This document shows, piece by piece, positions 24,078 to 24,115 of a DNA stretch of 24,115 nt. This stretch comes from Candidatus Eiseniibacteriota bacterium (GTDB lineage: Bacteria > Eisenbacteria > RBG-16-71-46): positions 1-24,115 of the forward strand of contig JANLWX010000182.1 in NCBI GenBank assembly GCA_031364845.1, read 5' to 3'. Numbering within the stretch: position 1 is the stretch's first letter; every line of letters begins with the position of its first letter. The notes under the pieces were generated by a model that was given only the letters and a program-made list of their open reading frames with translations, did no database searches and was not told the DNA's origin. The position numbers and the translations under genes are program-made.

Positions 24078-24115
24078 GCGGGAACCTCACTGGTATCGGG
24101 AATGGACGACCGGGA

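Noticed and set aside
24078..24115. 3' end of an upstream minus-strand gene
   Set aside because: Two frames give plausible stops in 38 nt; the coding frame cannot be determined.

Overview
GC-rich bacterial window. Gene content (TWGxxK-tailed protein, C25/FlgD protein, DUF222-like HNH gene) suggests an FCB-related lineage such as Ca. Eisenbacteria; this is inference only. The left ~11.5 kb is an envelope biogenesis block: the 3' end of a gene ending in TWGQVKALYR*, an 18-bp hairpin, two tandem SurA/PrsA-like paralogs, a divergent PorU/gingipain-like C25 peptidase with a FlgD-Ig C-terminus, a HEAT-repeat/cyclophilin fusion and a GT-C-like membrane protein. The right part is a nucleoside uptake/salvage region (ABC ATPase, two permeases, BMP lipoprotein, MBL hydrolase, tdk, udk) plus a glycogen-debranching-type hydrolase, crcB and an inactive M16-like protein. 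A DUF222-like/HNH gene on the opposite strand interrupts that region. Its upstream non-coding DNA holds an array of GTC-N-GAC hairpins that recur, in shuffled order, inside the gene's linker-coding segment. Main leads: (1) the HNH element with mirrored hairpin array; (2) a possible T9SS-like sorting/folding system (PorU-like sortase, foldases, TWGxxK signal); (3) enrichment of D-S/T-hydrophobic O-glycosylation sequons in exported proteins next to a GT-C-like enzyme; (4) four near-leaderless genes with TTG-N18-TAnnnT promoters. All calls were made by eye; no database searches were run.
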